DNA of 64,000 nucleotides from Nitrospirota bacterium. Lineage in GTDB: Bacteria; Nitrospirota; UBA9217. This document shows, one piece after another, positions 48,451 through 59,041 of this stretch. Each line of letters opens with the position of its first letter. Within the stretch, counting starts at the first letter, position 1. The stretch lies in NCBI GenBank assembly GCA_963737155.1, contig CAVTRN010000001.1, forward strand, positions 544,001-608,000. The letters run 5' to 3'. A program made the translations under genes and the position numbers. The notes beneath the pieces are model-generated. The model worked only from the letters and a program-made list of their open reading frames with translations. It was not told the origin of the DNA and searched no databases.

Positions 48451-50046
48451 ATGAGAATTTCATTATCAAAAAAACTATACGGTTCCGTAGGCATCGTTCT
48501 TGTAGCGCTGGTTATTGTTTCAGGGATGTCCTTTCTTACCCAGCGCTCCCTCATGGCGGGATATGCGACCCTGGCAGACGAGGATGGCGCTCAGATGCAG
48601 GCGAGCACCAATGCGGCGAATGAGCTCGGACTTGCCGAGACGGCTTACAAGAACTTTCTCATTCGGGGCGATGAAAAATATATCCCGGAATTCAGGGATG
48701 ATGTAAAACGGGTTAAGGACGGGATCGATCTGTTCCAGGCCCTGTCCAAGAGCGAAGAAGAGCGCACCGCATACAATAATGCCAGAGCGGCTTTCGCTCC
48801 CTACGAGAAGTCCATTGATCCGCTGATTGAGGCACGCAAGAAGAGCAAAGACGTGGAGTTAATCGACAAATCCTTCCAAGGTGTGGCCGTTCAGCTTCGC
48901 CAGGCACTGGAAGATATGAGCAATCTCGCCGAAGCAAACTATGATGGAAAAAAGGTACAGTTCAATATTAACGCTTCACGATTAAACATCATCCAGGTCG
49001 TGATTACGGTCATAGCAATTATCGCGGGCCTGATCGTGAGCACCCTTATCATAAAAAACATCCTCAAATCGATGATCGCGGCCAAAGCCGCGGCGGAATC
49101 GGCAGCAACAGGGGATTTGTCCCACGAACTTACCATAACATCGGATGACGAGGTCGGGGATCTGATGAAGAGTTACAACACAATGATTACAAACCTCAGA
49201 CGCATCGTGGGCGAAATAAATACGACTACGAGCGCCCTCGCGAGCAGCTCCGAGGAGCTTTCGGCCACTGCCGATGATATGAACAAAGGCACCCAGGAGT
49301 TGTCCTCCCAAACGGACCAGGTAGTGACCGCGATGACCGAGGTGTCCCAGACCATTATGGACATGGCCAAAAACGCCTCGCACGCGGCCGATGCCAGCAA
49401 AGGCGCTTCGCAAACGGCTGCAAAAGGCAAGGGAATAGTCAATACGACCGCGGAGGACATGATCGGGATCGCTAGGACGGTCGGAGAAGCCGCAGGCACC
49501 ATCGAAGAGCTCGGAAGGAGTTCGGCACAGATCGGCGAGATTGTGTCGGTCATCAATGGCATCGCGGACCAGACGAACCTCCTTGCCCTGAACGCGGCCA
49601 TCGAGGCGGCTCGGGCAGGCGAACAGGGACGAGGGTTTGCCGTAGTCGCCGATGAGGTACGGAAGCTCGCGGAGCGGACAGGCCAGGCAACAAAGGACAT
49701 TGCCCAGCGCATAGAAGCAATTCAGCAAGCGGCCAGTGAATCCGTAGACGCCATGAAAAAGGGAAGCGACGAAGTGGATAGAGGTGTAGCTCTGGCCAAG
49801 GAAGCAAGCCAGTCCCTCGATTCCATAGTGACCACATCATCGAGCGCGATGGACATGGTTCAGAGGATCGCGGCTGCCACGGAACAGCAATCGGCCGCAT
49901 CGGAAGAAGTGACCCAGAACATGGAAAATATATCTAGCATTACCAAGCAATCCTCGTCGTCAACGGAGCAGATCAAGGTATCGGCAACCGAACTTGCGCG
50001 GCTGGCAGCGGGCTTGAAGGAGATGACGGTCTGGTTCAAGGTATGA
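48451..50046 (+). CDS. Methyl-accepting chemotaxis protein
   Basis: 2 TM, helical periplasmic domain, HAMP (DEVGDL), [37 protein letters not shown]; AGGAGG SD. Confidence 0.95.
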   Translation: MRISLSKKLYGSVGIVLVALVIVSGMSFLTQRSLMAGYATLADEDGAQMQASTNAANELGLAETAYKNFLIRGDEKYIPEFRDDVKRVKDGIDLFQALSKSEEERTAYNNARAAFAPYEKSIDPLIEARKKSKDVELIDKSFQGVAVQLRQALEDMSNLAEANYDGKKVQFNINASRLNIIQVVITVIAIIAGLIVSTLIIKNILKSMIAAKAAAESAATGDLSHELTITSDDEVGDLMKSYNTMITNLRRIVGEINTTTSALASSSEELSATADDMNKGTQELSSQTDQVVTAMTEVSQTIMDMAKNASHAADASKGASQTAAKGKGIVNTTAEDMIGIARTVGEAAGTIEELGRSSAQIGEIVSVINGIADQTNLLALNAAIEAARAGEQGRGFAVVADEVRKLAERTGQATKDIAQRIEAIQQAASESVDAMKKGSDEVDRGVALAKEASQSLDSIVTTSSSAMDMVQRIAAATEQQSAASEEVTQNMENISSITKQSSSSTEQIKVSATELARLAAGLKEMTVWFKV

Positions 50047-50109
50047 CACCAAACCGCTGCTTGCGGCGAATGATATTGGGAAGAAGGATTATTATCAAAA
50101 GGAGAGTCT

Positions 50110-50592
50110 ATGGCTACAGCCTCTGTCCATATGGAAATGCTTCAGCTTGTCACCTTTAAGCTGGCCGGTCAGAAGTACGCGGTAAATATCCTGAAGGTTC
50201 AGGAAATCAACAACATGAAGGAGATCACTTCCATCCCGAATGCGCCCTCCTATCTTGAAGGCGCCGTCAACCTCAGGGGCAAGGTGATCCCCGTCCTCAA
50301 TCTGAGAAAAAAGTTTGGATTCGCGGAAAAGGCCGCGGATGAACTCAGCAAAATCGTCATCATGGATGTCCGGGGAGTCATCATGGGGCTCATGGTGGAC
50401 GCCGTATCGGACGTCCTGAGGATCCCCCGGGATCTGGTGGAACCACCGCCGCCAGTATCTTCGAATGTAAGCACTGAATTTATTTCCAGCATCGCCAAGC
50501 TGGAGGAAGGACTTGTGATCCTGCTTGACATGGACCGGCTACTCGACGAGGAAGAGCACAGAGCGGTATTCGGAGAGAACAGGGTTGCCTGA
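50110..50592 (+). CDS. cheW: Chemotaxis coupling protein CheW
   Basis: QLVTFKL, VQEI, GAVNLRGKVIPV, GLMVDAVSDV. Confidence 0.95.
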   Translation: MATASVHMEMLQLVTFKLAGQKYAVNILKVQEINNMKEITSIPNAPSYLEGAVNLRGKVIPVLNLRKKFGFAEKAADELSKIVIMDVRGVIMGLMVDAVSDVLRIPRDLVEPPPPVSSNVSTEFISSIAKLEEGLVILLDMDRLLDEEEHRAVFGENRVA

Positions 50593-50679
50593 TCCCTGTT
50601 TTGTACAAAACAGACAAAGTATTGGTATGCTTTTCAGATCAGCGATCATCTTGGAAAATCATGTTTAGGTGGTAATCTT

Positions 50680-50960
50680 ATGAAGATCGGTTCACAATTC
50701 AGGATATTTCTGGGGGTATTCGCTTTATTAGCGACCGCCCATGCTTTTGCCGCTTTCTTTATACCGAATTGGAGCGGCTGTCTGCCATAATCAATAATTG
50801 CACGGAATGTGTCACGTCCGGCGATCTGGTGACCGAAATGCGCTATACGTCAGATAATAAGCTCAGAACGATGGTCACGAGCAACGTCATGCTGGTATCG
50901 CTGAACGACATGCTTCCGTCCATAATCGAATCAGCAGGTAAAGTCGTTGCAAACGTCGGG
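50680..50960 (+). pseudogene. Probable degraded MCP fragment (TM plus HAMP-like, frameshifted)
   Basis: AGGTGG SD, ATG 50680 MKIGSQFRIFLGVFALL..., then a shifted frame with GDL.TE....SDNKL..M..S.VML.SL.DM..SI.ESA..V. Confidence 0.45.
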
Positions 50961-51048
50961 AAAGGGATCTGTGGTTGCGTGGTGATGCAACAGCGAAGCA
51001 TCCGCGCCATGGAACGGCGTCAGAAAGCTTTTCAAAAGGAGAAATATC

Positions 51049-52719
51049 ATGTTTAAATCATTCATTTACAATTTGAATCTGAGAAAGAAAGTCTATTTGA
51101 TTTTCGGCATCATTATCGTGGCAACGACCATCGGGATCGCTGTCGGGGTGACTGCCTTTTCGAGGGTTCAAGTAGGCGGAAAGGCATATGGCATGATCGA
51201 GGAGAACATGCTCGTTGCCGATAATATTGCGAAAATGCGTGCAAATGTCGCCTTCATTCGGATGTCACTTCTCACCATGATCATCGACACCACCGAAGGC
51301 AGGCAGACGTCTCTGGGCAATGACATCGAAGCCCTGTCCGCAAGACTGGATGAGCTCTTCGGTATCGTCGATACCCAGCTCAAAGAATCAGGCCATCCGG
51401 AAGCGACCGAGAATATAACGAGTGCCCGCGATGCCTGGGTCGCGTTCAAGAACCTCCAGAACACACAATTGATCCCTGCGATTCACGCTGGGAAGATGAA
51501 AGATGCGATGGCTGTTGCTAGCGCTATGGGCGCGCAATATGATGTTTTTTCGAACGAGACAAAAAAAGTGATCGATCAGGTCCGTACGGGCGTTTCCCCC
51601 ATGGTCGCGGCTATGAAGCGGGAATCAAGCATCGTGATATTGTTGTTTATCATAGGGGGCGCCGCGTTCGTTGCTTTTTATATCGTCGTGGCCGTCTTTT
51701 TCATCAAAACGCTCATTACACCCATCGTGATGGTGTCGGAGCGCTCCGCCCAGATGGCGACCGGGAACTTTTCCCATGCCGATATGCAAGCCCAAGGCAA
51801 GGATGAAATCGGCGTTATGCTCACCAACTTTTCGACTATGTCGTCCAAGCTCGGAGGAACCGCGACGCATCTTCAATCCAATATTGTACAGCTTACCTCA
51901 TCTTCAGAGCAGCTGTGGGCCACGGCGGAGAGCCTGGTCAGCGGCGCGACGAACGAGTCTGAGCAGGCCAGGGCAGTTTCCACGGCAACGCTCCAGATGT
52001 CGCAGACCGTCGGCGACGTGGCGCAGAATGCCGCCCAGGCCTCGGACGCTGCAAAGCAGTCATCACACAAGGCCGTTGACGGCAAAAAGGTCGTGGAAAA
52101 CACTGTCGAACGCCTGGCCGCAATTACGACCGCGGTCCAGGAAGCCATGCAGACAATCGAAGGGCTCAGCAGGAGCTCAGCCCAGATCGGGGAGATCGTG
52201 AACCTCATACATACGATTGCCGATCAGACCAATCTGCTCGCATTGAACGCGGCAATCGAAGCTGCCCGCGCCGGCGATCAGGGCCGTGGGTTCGCCGTGG
52301 TGGCCGATGAAGTCCGGAAACTGGCGGACCGTACAACGAGCGCAACCAAGGATATCGAGCAAAAGATAGCTACAATCCAGACTGACGCTGAAAAATCGCT
52401 CATTTCTATCAGAAACGGCAATGCAGAAGTCGACAAGGGCATGATCCTCGCGCGCTCCGCCAGCCAGTCCCTCGATGATATCGTGCAGTCCTCGAGTCAA
52501 GTTATGGATATGATCGCACGGATCGCGACCGCTACGGAAGAGCAGTCCGCCACGTCCGAAGATATTACCAAAAATATGAACACAATATCGGAAGTGATCG
52601 AAAATTCAACGCAATCAGCAAACCAAGTACAGCAGGCCGCCCATACCCTTACAAAGCTCTCCGCCGAAATCCAGGATCAGATGTCCTGGTTCAAGACGAA
52701 TGGAAGTACTGGGGCATAG
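51049..52719 (+). CDS. Methyl-accepting chemotaxis protein (4HB-like sensor)
   Basis: 2 TM, HAMP (KDEIG), conserved hairpin [20 protein letters not shown]. Confidence 0.95.
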   Translation: MFKSFIYNLNLRKKVYLIFGIIIVATTIGIAVGVTAFSRVQVGGKAYGMIEENMLVADNIAKMRANVAFIRMSLLTMIIDTTEGRQTSLGNDIEALSARLDELFGIVDTQLKESGHPEATENITSARDAWVAFKNLQNTQLIPAIHAGKMKDAMAVASAMGAQYDVFSNETKKVIDQVRTGVSPMVAAMKRESSIVILLFIIGGAAFVAFYIVVAVFFIKTLITPIVMVSERSAQMATGNFSHADMQAQGKDEIGVMLTNFSTMSSKLGGTATHLQSNIVQLTSSSEQLWATAESLVSGATNESEQARAVSTATLQMSQTVGDVAQNAAQASDAAKQSSHKAVDGKKVVENTVERLAAITTAVQEAMQTIEGLSRSSAQIGEIVNLIHTIADQTNLLALNAAIEAARAGDQGRGFAVVADEVRKLADRTTSATKDIEQKIATIQTDAEKSLISIRNGNAEVDKGMILARSASQSLDDIVQSSSQVMDMIARIATATEEQSATSEDITKNMNTISEVIENSTQSANQVQQAAHTLTKLSAEIQDQMSWFKTNGSTGA

Positions 52720-53693
52720 AATCGGCCCGGTCGCGAATCACATGATAAAAAGGCTCTTTTTCTTTTGGTGTGAATTGAATTCCCGAGGGGCAGAAATCAA
52801 AAAATGGTCTTTATCTCTCGTATTCGCAGCCTTATCGCCGACATTCGTTAAACAACAATAGAGAAGCACAGGAAGAGAACGAACATACCCCGCCGCTAAA
52901 TCGCTTGCGCAATTTTGACGGGTGTTTCACGGTTTTCAACAGATACGTTCCGAAGGCTTTCGCACCTAGTTCGTCTTTATTACCAACTCTCCGCGCGTCA
53001 CTTCGGCTGGTTCCCTGTCTGGTTCTTTCTTGTTCTGTTTGCCGGCCAGACGTCTTTTTGAAAGTCAATCGATCAGCCAATACATTGAAGAAGCTCCCGT
53101 TGTGCCCACTAAAAACGCTGGCCCCGTTACAAAGGGCCTGGAAGACACCTTATACTATAACGGCGATAGAACTTTGTCTTTGAACCGGGCTTATTGTTGG
53201 CCGCTTGGGATTGTGGCTCTAACCAGCGAAAGGGAGTGATCCTAAAACGTGTAGGATTACCGAGACTAGGGGAGTCTGGCATTATAAATTAGCCGTTGGC
53301 GACCCATCCATTGCGAGAGTTTCTCTTTTGTTCTGTCTGGGCCCAGAATTGGATACCGTTTGATAAACTCATATATATCTTGCAAGTGACACTAGTTCAG
53401 TGACAATATACGTTTAGAGTGAGAATATTGCGATTGCAGCCTCTGACAATGAAAACCTGCGCAAAGGTATAGCAAACCACTCCGCATTTCCTTCTCCTCG
53501 CACTCCGCGCCAGACAGGGGAAATGTGCGTCCATTGTTCAAAAGCAAAGGTCGGACAGGGATCAGGCTGACAGCATTTGATGCGCTTCTCAACCATATCT
53601 GGTCGGGTAGCGTGCCACTATGGCTAAACGCGATATCTCTAGCCGTTGCTTATACAGTTAGCATTAGTTGTTATTCGAGAGACTTTCAACTGA

Positions 53694-53727
53694 ATAAAGC
53701 CGTGGATCGGGAGATCCACGGCTTTAT
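53694..53727. terminator. Perfect hairpin, possible bidirectional terminator
   Basis: ATAAAGCCGTGGATC-GGGA-GATCCACGGCTTTAT, 15-bp stem, between convergent MCP and flgE. Confidence 0.6.
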
Positions 53728-54004
53728 CATTATTCCTCTCACCTTCATCAAGCATGCTGAGAGCAACAGATCACGTTGTCATGCCATTACGCTTATAATC
53801 AAGCGTCATTATTCCACGGCGGCCCTTCTTTATGAGCAGGCCAAGCGGAATCCGATCGAGCGGTTGATTTCGATTCTTTTCACCCACGCGCAAGAACAGC
53901 GCTTTGTCCAGTGGATTTAAAAGATGCCCGCGATGTCGTTCAGTTTTTTCCTGAAAGTGCCTGTCCCGGTTCAGCTCAAATAACGTGACGAGATGATGCT
54001 GAGA

Positions 54005-55303
54005 TTATCCTGAAATCATATTCACCAGGTCCGATAACATCTCATCCGTAGTGGTGATCACTTTCGAGTTAGCCTCGTAACTGCGTTGCGCAGTAATCAT
54101 ATCGACAAACTGATCGTCCAGGTCCACGTTTGATTCTTCAAGGGTGCTCGACGATATCGTCCCGAGGCCAGATGAGTTAGCTGTACCAACAATGGGTGCA
54201 CCGGAAGTAGTTGACTGGCTATAGAGGTCACTGCCATCGCTAGTCAAGTCGTCCTCCGCCATAAACCGACTGAGCGCTACCTGTCCAATCGTCTGCGTCT
54301 GGCCGTTTGTGAAAACGCCACTTATAACACCAGCATTAGATACGCTCACACTCTGGAGGGAACCGGACGCATAACCGTTTTGGGTGACGTCAGAGACTGA
54401 AAACCCGCTACTTCCAAACTGCGTTGACATGTTTAAACCTGTATCTCCGTCTGCGGTGCCGCCACCATAATTGAAGGTGATTGCCTGAGGAGTTGTGACT
54501 GCTCCGCCAAAAGTAAAGTTTATTGGCGTTCCGCTGTTGTCCTGTTTGAGGGAACCATTTGCGTTAAATGTCAGGTCCTGTGTTCCCGCAAGAATAAAGT
54601 CCCCAGGATTGGCCGGGTCCGCCTCCACGTAGTTGACCGTCCAAGCGTTGGGACCGGTATTCACAAAATACTGCGTTATCTGGTGGGCGCCACCCTGTGA
54701 ATCATACACGGTTACGGAGTTTGAAGAATTGTAATTGGCGGGATCGTTGTTGACTCCAGTGCCATTGCCGTTCAGAGTAAATGGGGAGGCTGGCGGTGTT
54801 GCAGTTGCATCAAGGTTTGCTGACACACTTACTGTAGACGTGGGACTTGGCTGGCTTTCGTCTTCCCCAACATTCAGATTCCCAATCGTACCGGTGATAT
54901 CACCTGTCGCATTTGCGAGGTACCCTTGCAGAATTGCACCATCAGGGTTCACGATGTTGCCATTCTGATCCAGCGAAAACTGTCCCGCCGTTGTATAGTA
55001 CGTTGTGTTGCCCTGATTCACCATGAACATGCCATCACCATTTATGGCCATGTCCAGAGGATTGGACTCGGTCTCAAGCGTGCCCTCAGAGAAGATAGGC
55101 GATACATTCATTACATCGACGCCAAGGCCGACCTGCGATGTGATACCGCCATTGGACAAACTTTGGCTCAGCACATCGCCAAAATTAACTTCGCTTTCTT
55201 GGAACCCTACCGTATTCATGTTCGCAATATTGTTTCCTATCACCGAGAGATCAGTACTGCTGGCATCCATGCCGCTTGCTGCCGTATATAATGCGTTCAA
55301 CAT
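54005..55303 (-). CDS. flgE: Flagellar hook protein FlgE
   Basis: VIGNNIAN.NTVGF, DMAINGDG, VYDSQG, QNGYASG, LEESNVDL, AQRSYEANSKVITTTDEML. Confidence 0.96.
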   Translation of the reverse strand: MLNALYTAASGMDASSTDLSVIGNNIANMNTVGFQESEVNFGDVLSQSLSNGGITSQVGLGVDVMNVSPIFSEGTLETESNPLDMAINGDGMFMVNQGNTTYYTTAGQFSLDQNGNIVNPDGAILQGYLANATGDITGTIGNLNVGEDESQPSPTSTVSVSANLDATATPPASPFTLNGNGTGVNNDPANYNSSNSVTVYDSQGGAHQITQYFVNTGPNAWTVNYVEADPANPGDFILAGTQDLTFNANGSLKQDNSGTPINFTFGGAVTTPQAITFNYGGGTADGDTGLNMSTQFGSSGFSVSDVTQNGYASGSLQSVSVSNAGVISGVFTNGQTQTIGQVALSRFMAEDDLTSDGSDLYSQSTTSGAPIVGTANSSGLGTISSSTLEESNVDLDDQFVDMITAQRSYEANSKVITTTDEMLSDLVNMISG

Positions 55304-55304
55304 A

Positions 55305-55994
55305 TTATGACCCTCCTAAAATTTCCTGAATATCACTGAGCTGAATTTGCTCACCATTGTCCAAAATTAAATACGTTATATTGTTGCTGTTGGTAACGGC
55401 AGTAACAGTGCCTGACGTAAGCGTCGATGCGGTGACCGCATTGCCCGAGCTGTCCGCAGCCGTAACCGCAAAAGTGTATTGGCCAGACGGTAACGTATTT
55501 CCGTTTGAGTCATTCCCGTTCCAGGTATAGCTGTTTGCGCCGGCATTCTCGTTTCCGAGCACTTGCGTATTCACGAGGGTCCCGGATGAATTATAAATAG
55601 AAACGGTGACTTTTGCAGCATTGCCCGCCAGCGTATAATTCAGACTGGCCTGCCCGTTGAGTGTAACCGTATTTCCCGTAGCAACGACATTATCTCCGAT
55701 CAAGCCGGCTGCCGTCGTATTTTGAAGCGATGACTGTGAGGACGCCATATTCGTTAACTGTGTGTTGATATCCGTGAGTTGCTCCACAGAGGCGAACTGG
55801 GCCATCTGCGCCGCCATATCCGAACTATCCGATGGGTTTAGCGGGTCCTGATTCTGAAGTTCGGTGGTCAAAAGCGACAGAAAATCGTTCTCATTCAGGG
55901 TCTGTAAGGAACCTCCTGTTGAGGCTGAACTTTGTGATGATGTGGTGCTTAGTGACTGCGGTGTGTTTGTAACATTAGCTATTGCCATGGTCAT
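55305..55994 (-). CDS. flgD: Hook cap protein FlgD
   Basis: DFL.LL.TELQNQDPLNP, QMAQFASVEQL, TWNG.D..G..LP.G.Y. Confidence 0.95.
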   Translation of the reverse strand: MTMAIANVTNTPQSLSTTSSQSSASTGGSLQTLNENDFLSLLTTELQNQDPLNPSDSSDMAAQMAQFASVEQLTDINTQLTNMASSQSSLQNTTAAGLIGDNVVATGNTVTLNGQASLNYTLAGNAAKVTVSIYNSSGTLVNTQVLGNENAGANSYTWNGNDSNGNTLPSGQYTFAVTAADSSGNAVTASTLTSGTVTAVTNSNNITYLILDNGEQIQLSDIQEILGGS

Positions 55995-56066
55995 TCCTCC
56001 TTAATCTAAAACTACATGAATCTTAACCGTGAAATTTCACTTTGTAAATTACGAGATAGTTTCATA

Positions 56067-57305
56067 TCAAACAAAGATGCTTAAAAGCCCAAGAGCATTG
56101 GACGAACCGGAATTTTTCAATGCCTGTTGAGCAGAAGCACTGTTTTGTTCTCCGCCCTGACTGCCTTGTTCCCCTTCAGCGTTCCCGTTCCAGGTGCCTT
56201 TTTGGTTCAGAGACACCGAAAAACCTCCAATGCTAAGACCCTCCCCTGCAAGAGCATTCATCATCTGCTGCTTGTTGTTTTCGATCAGGGTTTTGGTGGC
56301 ATCGTTGGACACATGTATCTGGGCACTGACGGTACCTTTATTTAGACTAAGGTTGATGTTTAGTTTACCAAGGCCGTCAGGTTCGAGTTTTACTGCCAGC
56401 TGGTTCCCGTCCTTCACGATCGAGACGGTGTGATCAAAAATATCTGCCTGATCTGTCCCCTGCTGTTGAAGAGGTGCAGGACTTGACGATGCATCAGCAT
56501 TTCGTACAATAGCTGTGAAAGCCGGTTGATGCTGAACGGAGGACTGAACAGATAACTGAGCTGAGGATTGAACCGAAGACTGAACAGAGCCTTGGCCCTG
56601 TTGCATCAACGTTAAAAAATCATTTTTTACAAGTGATGGGTCATTCTGGTCTTTTCCCCGGGTTCCTTCCTCGCCCGTGCCCTGCCCCGTCTTCGCATCG
56701 GTATCCTGCTGAAGCAAGATCATATTGTAATCCGTATAATCCGAACCAGACTCTGGGTTAGACGCTGATTGCACCGATTTTTTTGTAGCATCATCCCGTT
56801 CGGGAGTAGTCCCTGATGTACCGGTTCTTTCCGACGTAGACGTCATCTCGGGTTTTCCCGGCATGGCTGCGGTCTCGGTTTTTATCGGAGGGAGTTCCGT
56901 TGTCATGGATTTCGGTTGAGAGGGAATATTCTGTTTGACTTTTTCGTCAACGTTAAACTGTTCAGAAAACGGTGCAACTGCTGTCGGGACATCCGCTTGC
57001 TTCTGTCCATCGGAGACCGGGTAGGACTGGTCAGTTGGCGGCAGCAATGGTACCTGAGCTTGTGCGATAAGCGCCGCAGAGTCGTTTTTGCCGGAGACCG
57101 CTGATCCAGTCGCTGTAGCCTGGCTCGCATCCGGCGTGACCTGCTGGCTATTCTGCATGATCGATCCTAGCATTTGGGCCATCAATGTTTCAAAGACAGT
57201 GTCTGATGCGCCCGTTCCTGCATCCGGTCCCTCATCGCTGGCGCTTGACTTGGACACGCTTTGATTTGCAGTACCTTCTCCAGTATTAGCGACCGAGATA
57301 TCCAT
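56067..57305 (-). CDS. fliK: Hook-length control protein FliK (start moved to MDISVANT)
   Basis: Long low-complexity N-terminus; C-terminal VKLEPDGLGKLNI.L, LIENN...M..AL..EGL; precedes flgDE. Confidence 0.9.
   Translation of the reverse strand: MDISVANTGEGTANQSVSKSSASDEGPDAGTGASDTVFETLMAQMLGSIMQNSQQVTPDASQATATGSAVSGKNDSAALIAQAQVPLLPPTDQSYPVSDGQKQADVPTAVAPFSEQFNVDEKVKQNIPSQPKSMTTELPPIKTETAAMPGKPEMTSTSERTGTSGTTPERDDATKKSVQSASNPESGSDYTDYNMILLQQDTDAKTGQGTGEEGTRGKDQNDPSLVKNDFLTLMQQGQGSVQSSVQSSAQLSVQSSVQHQPAFTAIVRNADASSSPAPLQQQGTDQADIFDHTVSIVKDGNQLAVKLEPDGLGKLNINLSLNKGTVSAQIHVSNDATKTLIENNKQQMMNALAGEGLSIGGFSVSLNQKGTWNGNAEGEQGSQGGEQNSASAQQALKNSGSSNALGLLSIFV
56532..56588 (-). repeat. 12-bp coding tandem repeat in fliK
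   Basis: Encodes SVQS-SVQS-SAQL-SVQS-SVQ. Confidence 0.7.
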
Positions 57306-57320
57306 AGTACTCACAGAGAG

Positions 57321-57336
57321 AGCAACTCCCGTGCCA
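57321..57336 (-). promoter_or_regulatory. Sigma54 promoter of fliK-flgDE
   Basis: TGGCACGGGAGTTGCT, full consensus. Confidence 0.85.
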
Positions 57337-57599
57337 GGCAGATACGGCGGACGCCTAGACACTTCAACTGATTGAAAATATGCTGCAATACAATTGCGGT
57401 CTTGAAAAAAAAGATCATCATCGAGGCAGGTACAGATCATTTTTTGCCTGACAGGGAAATTTTTTCTTACCTCGGCATCGGATCACAGTATCACCGAAAT
57501 ACTTGAGAAAAAATGTCGAGACCAGCAGGAGAAAAGAGTCCCGGGCAACCATCCTGAGTTGCCCACTGCGCAGCAGAATGGATCGTGAACTCAATTTTT

Positions 57600-57626
57600 T
57601 AAAGTTCCAATCCGTTTCGCCGATAA
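57600..57626 (+). promoter_or_regulatory. Sigma28 promoter of the HDOD gene
   Basis: TAAA-N15-GCCGATAA, exact consensus. Confidence 0.82.
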
Positions 57627-57660
57627 GAAAGGAGGAAGGGGCCATCTCAGCAGGACACCT

Positions 57661-58494
57661 ATGACGGAACTCAAGGTAAAACGCTATATAAAAAATCTGC
57701 GTGATCTGCCGACAACTCCAGCGTTGTTGGAAAAGATCCTTTCTCTAATCGAGAATGACGAGTCATCTACCAATGAACTTTGCCTGATGATTTCCCATGA
57801 CCAAGCCATGGCCCAGCGCGTACTCAAGGTCGCCAATTCCGTTCTGTTCGCGCACTCCGGGGAAATTACCAATATTGATCAGGCTCTTCTTTTCCTCGGG
57901 ATAGACCGCATCAAGTCCATTGCCGTCGGCATGTCGGTCATGCATATTTTCCCCTCCAGGGGATCGTTCAAGATCGAGAATCTCTGGCTCCACAGCTATG
58001 AAGTCGCCTTTATCTCATCTCTGCTCTCGGAAGCCATTTCCATTACGCAGCCGCAGGACTGTTTTCTTGCCGGGTTGCTCCATGACATCGGCCGTATCAT
58101 TTTTTACAATATGGACAACAAACGCTTTCACCGGATAGAGACTACAGACACGCTGCTGGATCAGGAGATGGAGCAGTACGGCTGCACACATCCGCAGGCG
58201 GGAGCGTGGTTTGCCGAGGAAGTCGGCTTGCCAAATAGTATTATTACCGCTATCAAGTATCACCACCTGCCGTCGGCTGCGCCTGAGGAAATGCACCTCG
58301 TCTCCCTTGTTTCGCTGGCCGGAGCTTTGACACGGATGTTCACGCCCCGTGTGGAGGACGACGGCATCTGGACGCAGGAACACAACGCCATACTCCTTGA
58401 GTTCGCGCTGACTCAAGAACAAATTCACAATATCGGCAGAGTATACGCTCAAGCACGGGCCGGCATAGAAAATTTCTTTGCCTCTTCGAAATAA
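57661..58494 (+). CDS. HDOD-domain signalling protein
   Basis: LPT.P, D.AMA.RVLKVANS, LW.HS, FLAGLLHDIGR, W.....LP.....I.YHH. Confidence 0.9.
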   Translation: MTELKVKRYIKNLRDLPTTPALLEKILSLIENDESSTNELCLMISHDQAMAQRVLKVANSVLFAHSGEITNIDQALLFLGIDRIKSIAVGMSVMHIFPSRGSFKIENLWLHSYEVAFISSLLSEAISITQPQDCFLAGLLHDIGRIIFYNMDNKRFHRIETTDTLLDQEMEQYGCTHPQAGAWFAEEVGLPNSIITAIKYHHLPSAAPEEMHLVSLVSLAGALTRMFTPRVEDDGIWTQEHNAILLEFALTQEQIHNIGRVYAQARAGIENFFASSK

Positions 58495-58778
58495 ACGAAA
58501 CAGCAACTCTAGTTCTGGTCATCCATTTTTCTCGTACATCACAGCACTATGCATTTTGCCTGCTATCCACATCGAAAACCAGATTCTTTAGCCAAAAAAA
58601 TGACGTTTATTTTGCCTTCTTCTTGATCCTTTTTTTTCTGCGCTTGTCTGTGTCGTTTACCTTCTTTTCAAACAATACCTGCTAACTATTTGAATTAATT
58701 ATATTATAATTACTTAACATTCTATCACATGAGAATAAAGTTATTTATTTAGTCCATATCTTTTGCTCATTATATCAA

Positions 58779-58794
58779 TGGCACATCTTTTGCT
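58779..58794 (+). promoter_or_regulatory. Sigma54 promoter upstream of the small ORF/DUF2802-like gene
   Basis: TGGCACATCTTTTGCT, GG-N10-GC, in an AT-rich region. Confidence 0.8.
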
Positions 58795-58887
58795 CTATAT
58801 AGAAGCGTAGACTCGGCTGTCACAAAACAGCCACTTGTTGGTCGGCTAAATCTAGTATCTAAAGGTTGTGCTTAAGGAGTGCAAACA

Positions 58888-59040
58888 ATGCCTATAGAAC
58901 CTATGGGAAAAATCAACGAAACACAGATTATTCGTCATCAAGAAGGGGCAACCTCGAAACAGAAAAAAAAAGAGACACCCCAGAAAAAAAACCCGGCAAA
59001 AGAATCCGAAAAGTCCGGAAGGATAGACATCAAAATTTGA
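58888..59040 (+). CDS. 50-aa Lys-rich small protein ending GRIDIKI (absent from the ORF track)
   Basis: AAGGAG SD; MPIEPMGKINETQIIRHQEGATSKQKKKETPQKKNPAKESEKSGRIDIKI; stop 1 nt before the next ATG. Confidence 0.65.
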   Translation: MPIEPMGKINETQIIRHQEGATSKQKKKETPQKKNPAKESEKSGRIDIKI

Positions 59041-59041
59041 T

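Noticed and set aside
52832-53920. Short ORFs in the MCP-flgE gap
   Set aside because: No convincing SD, family motif or typical codon style; one crosses the hairpin
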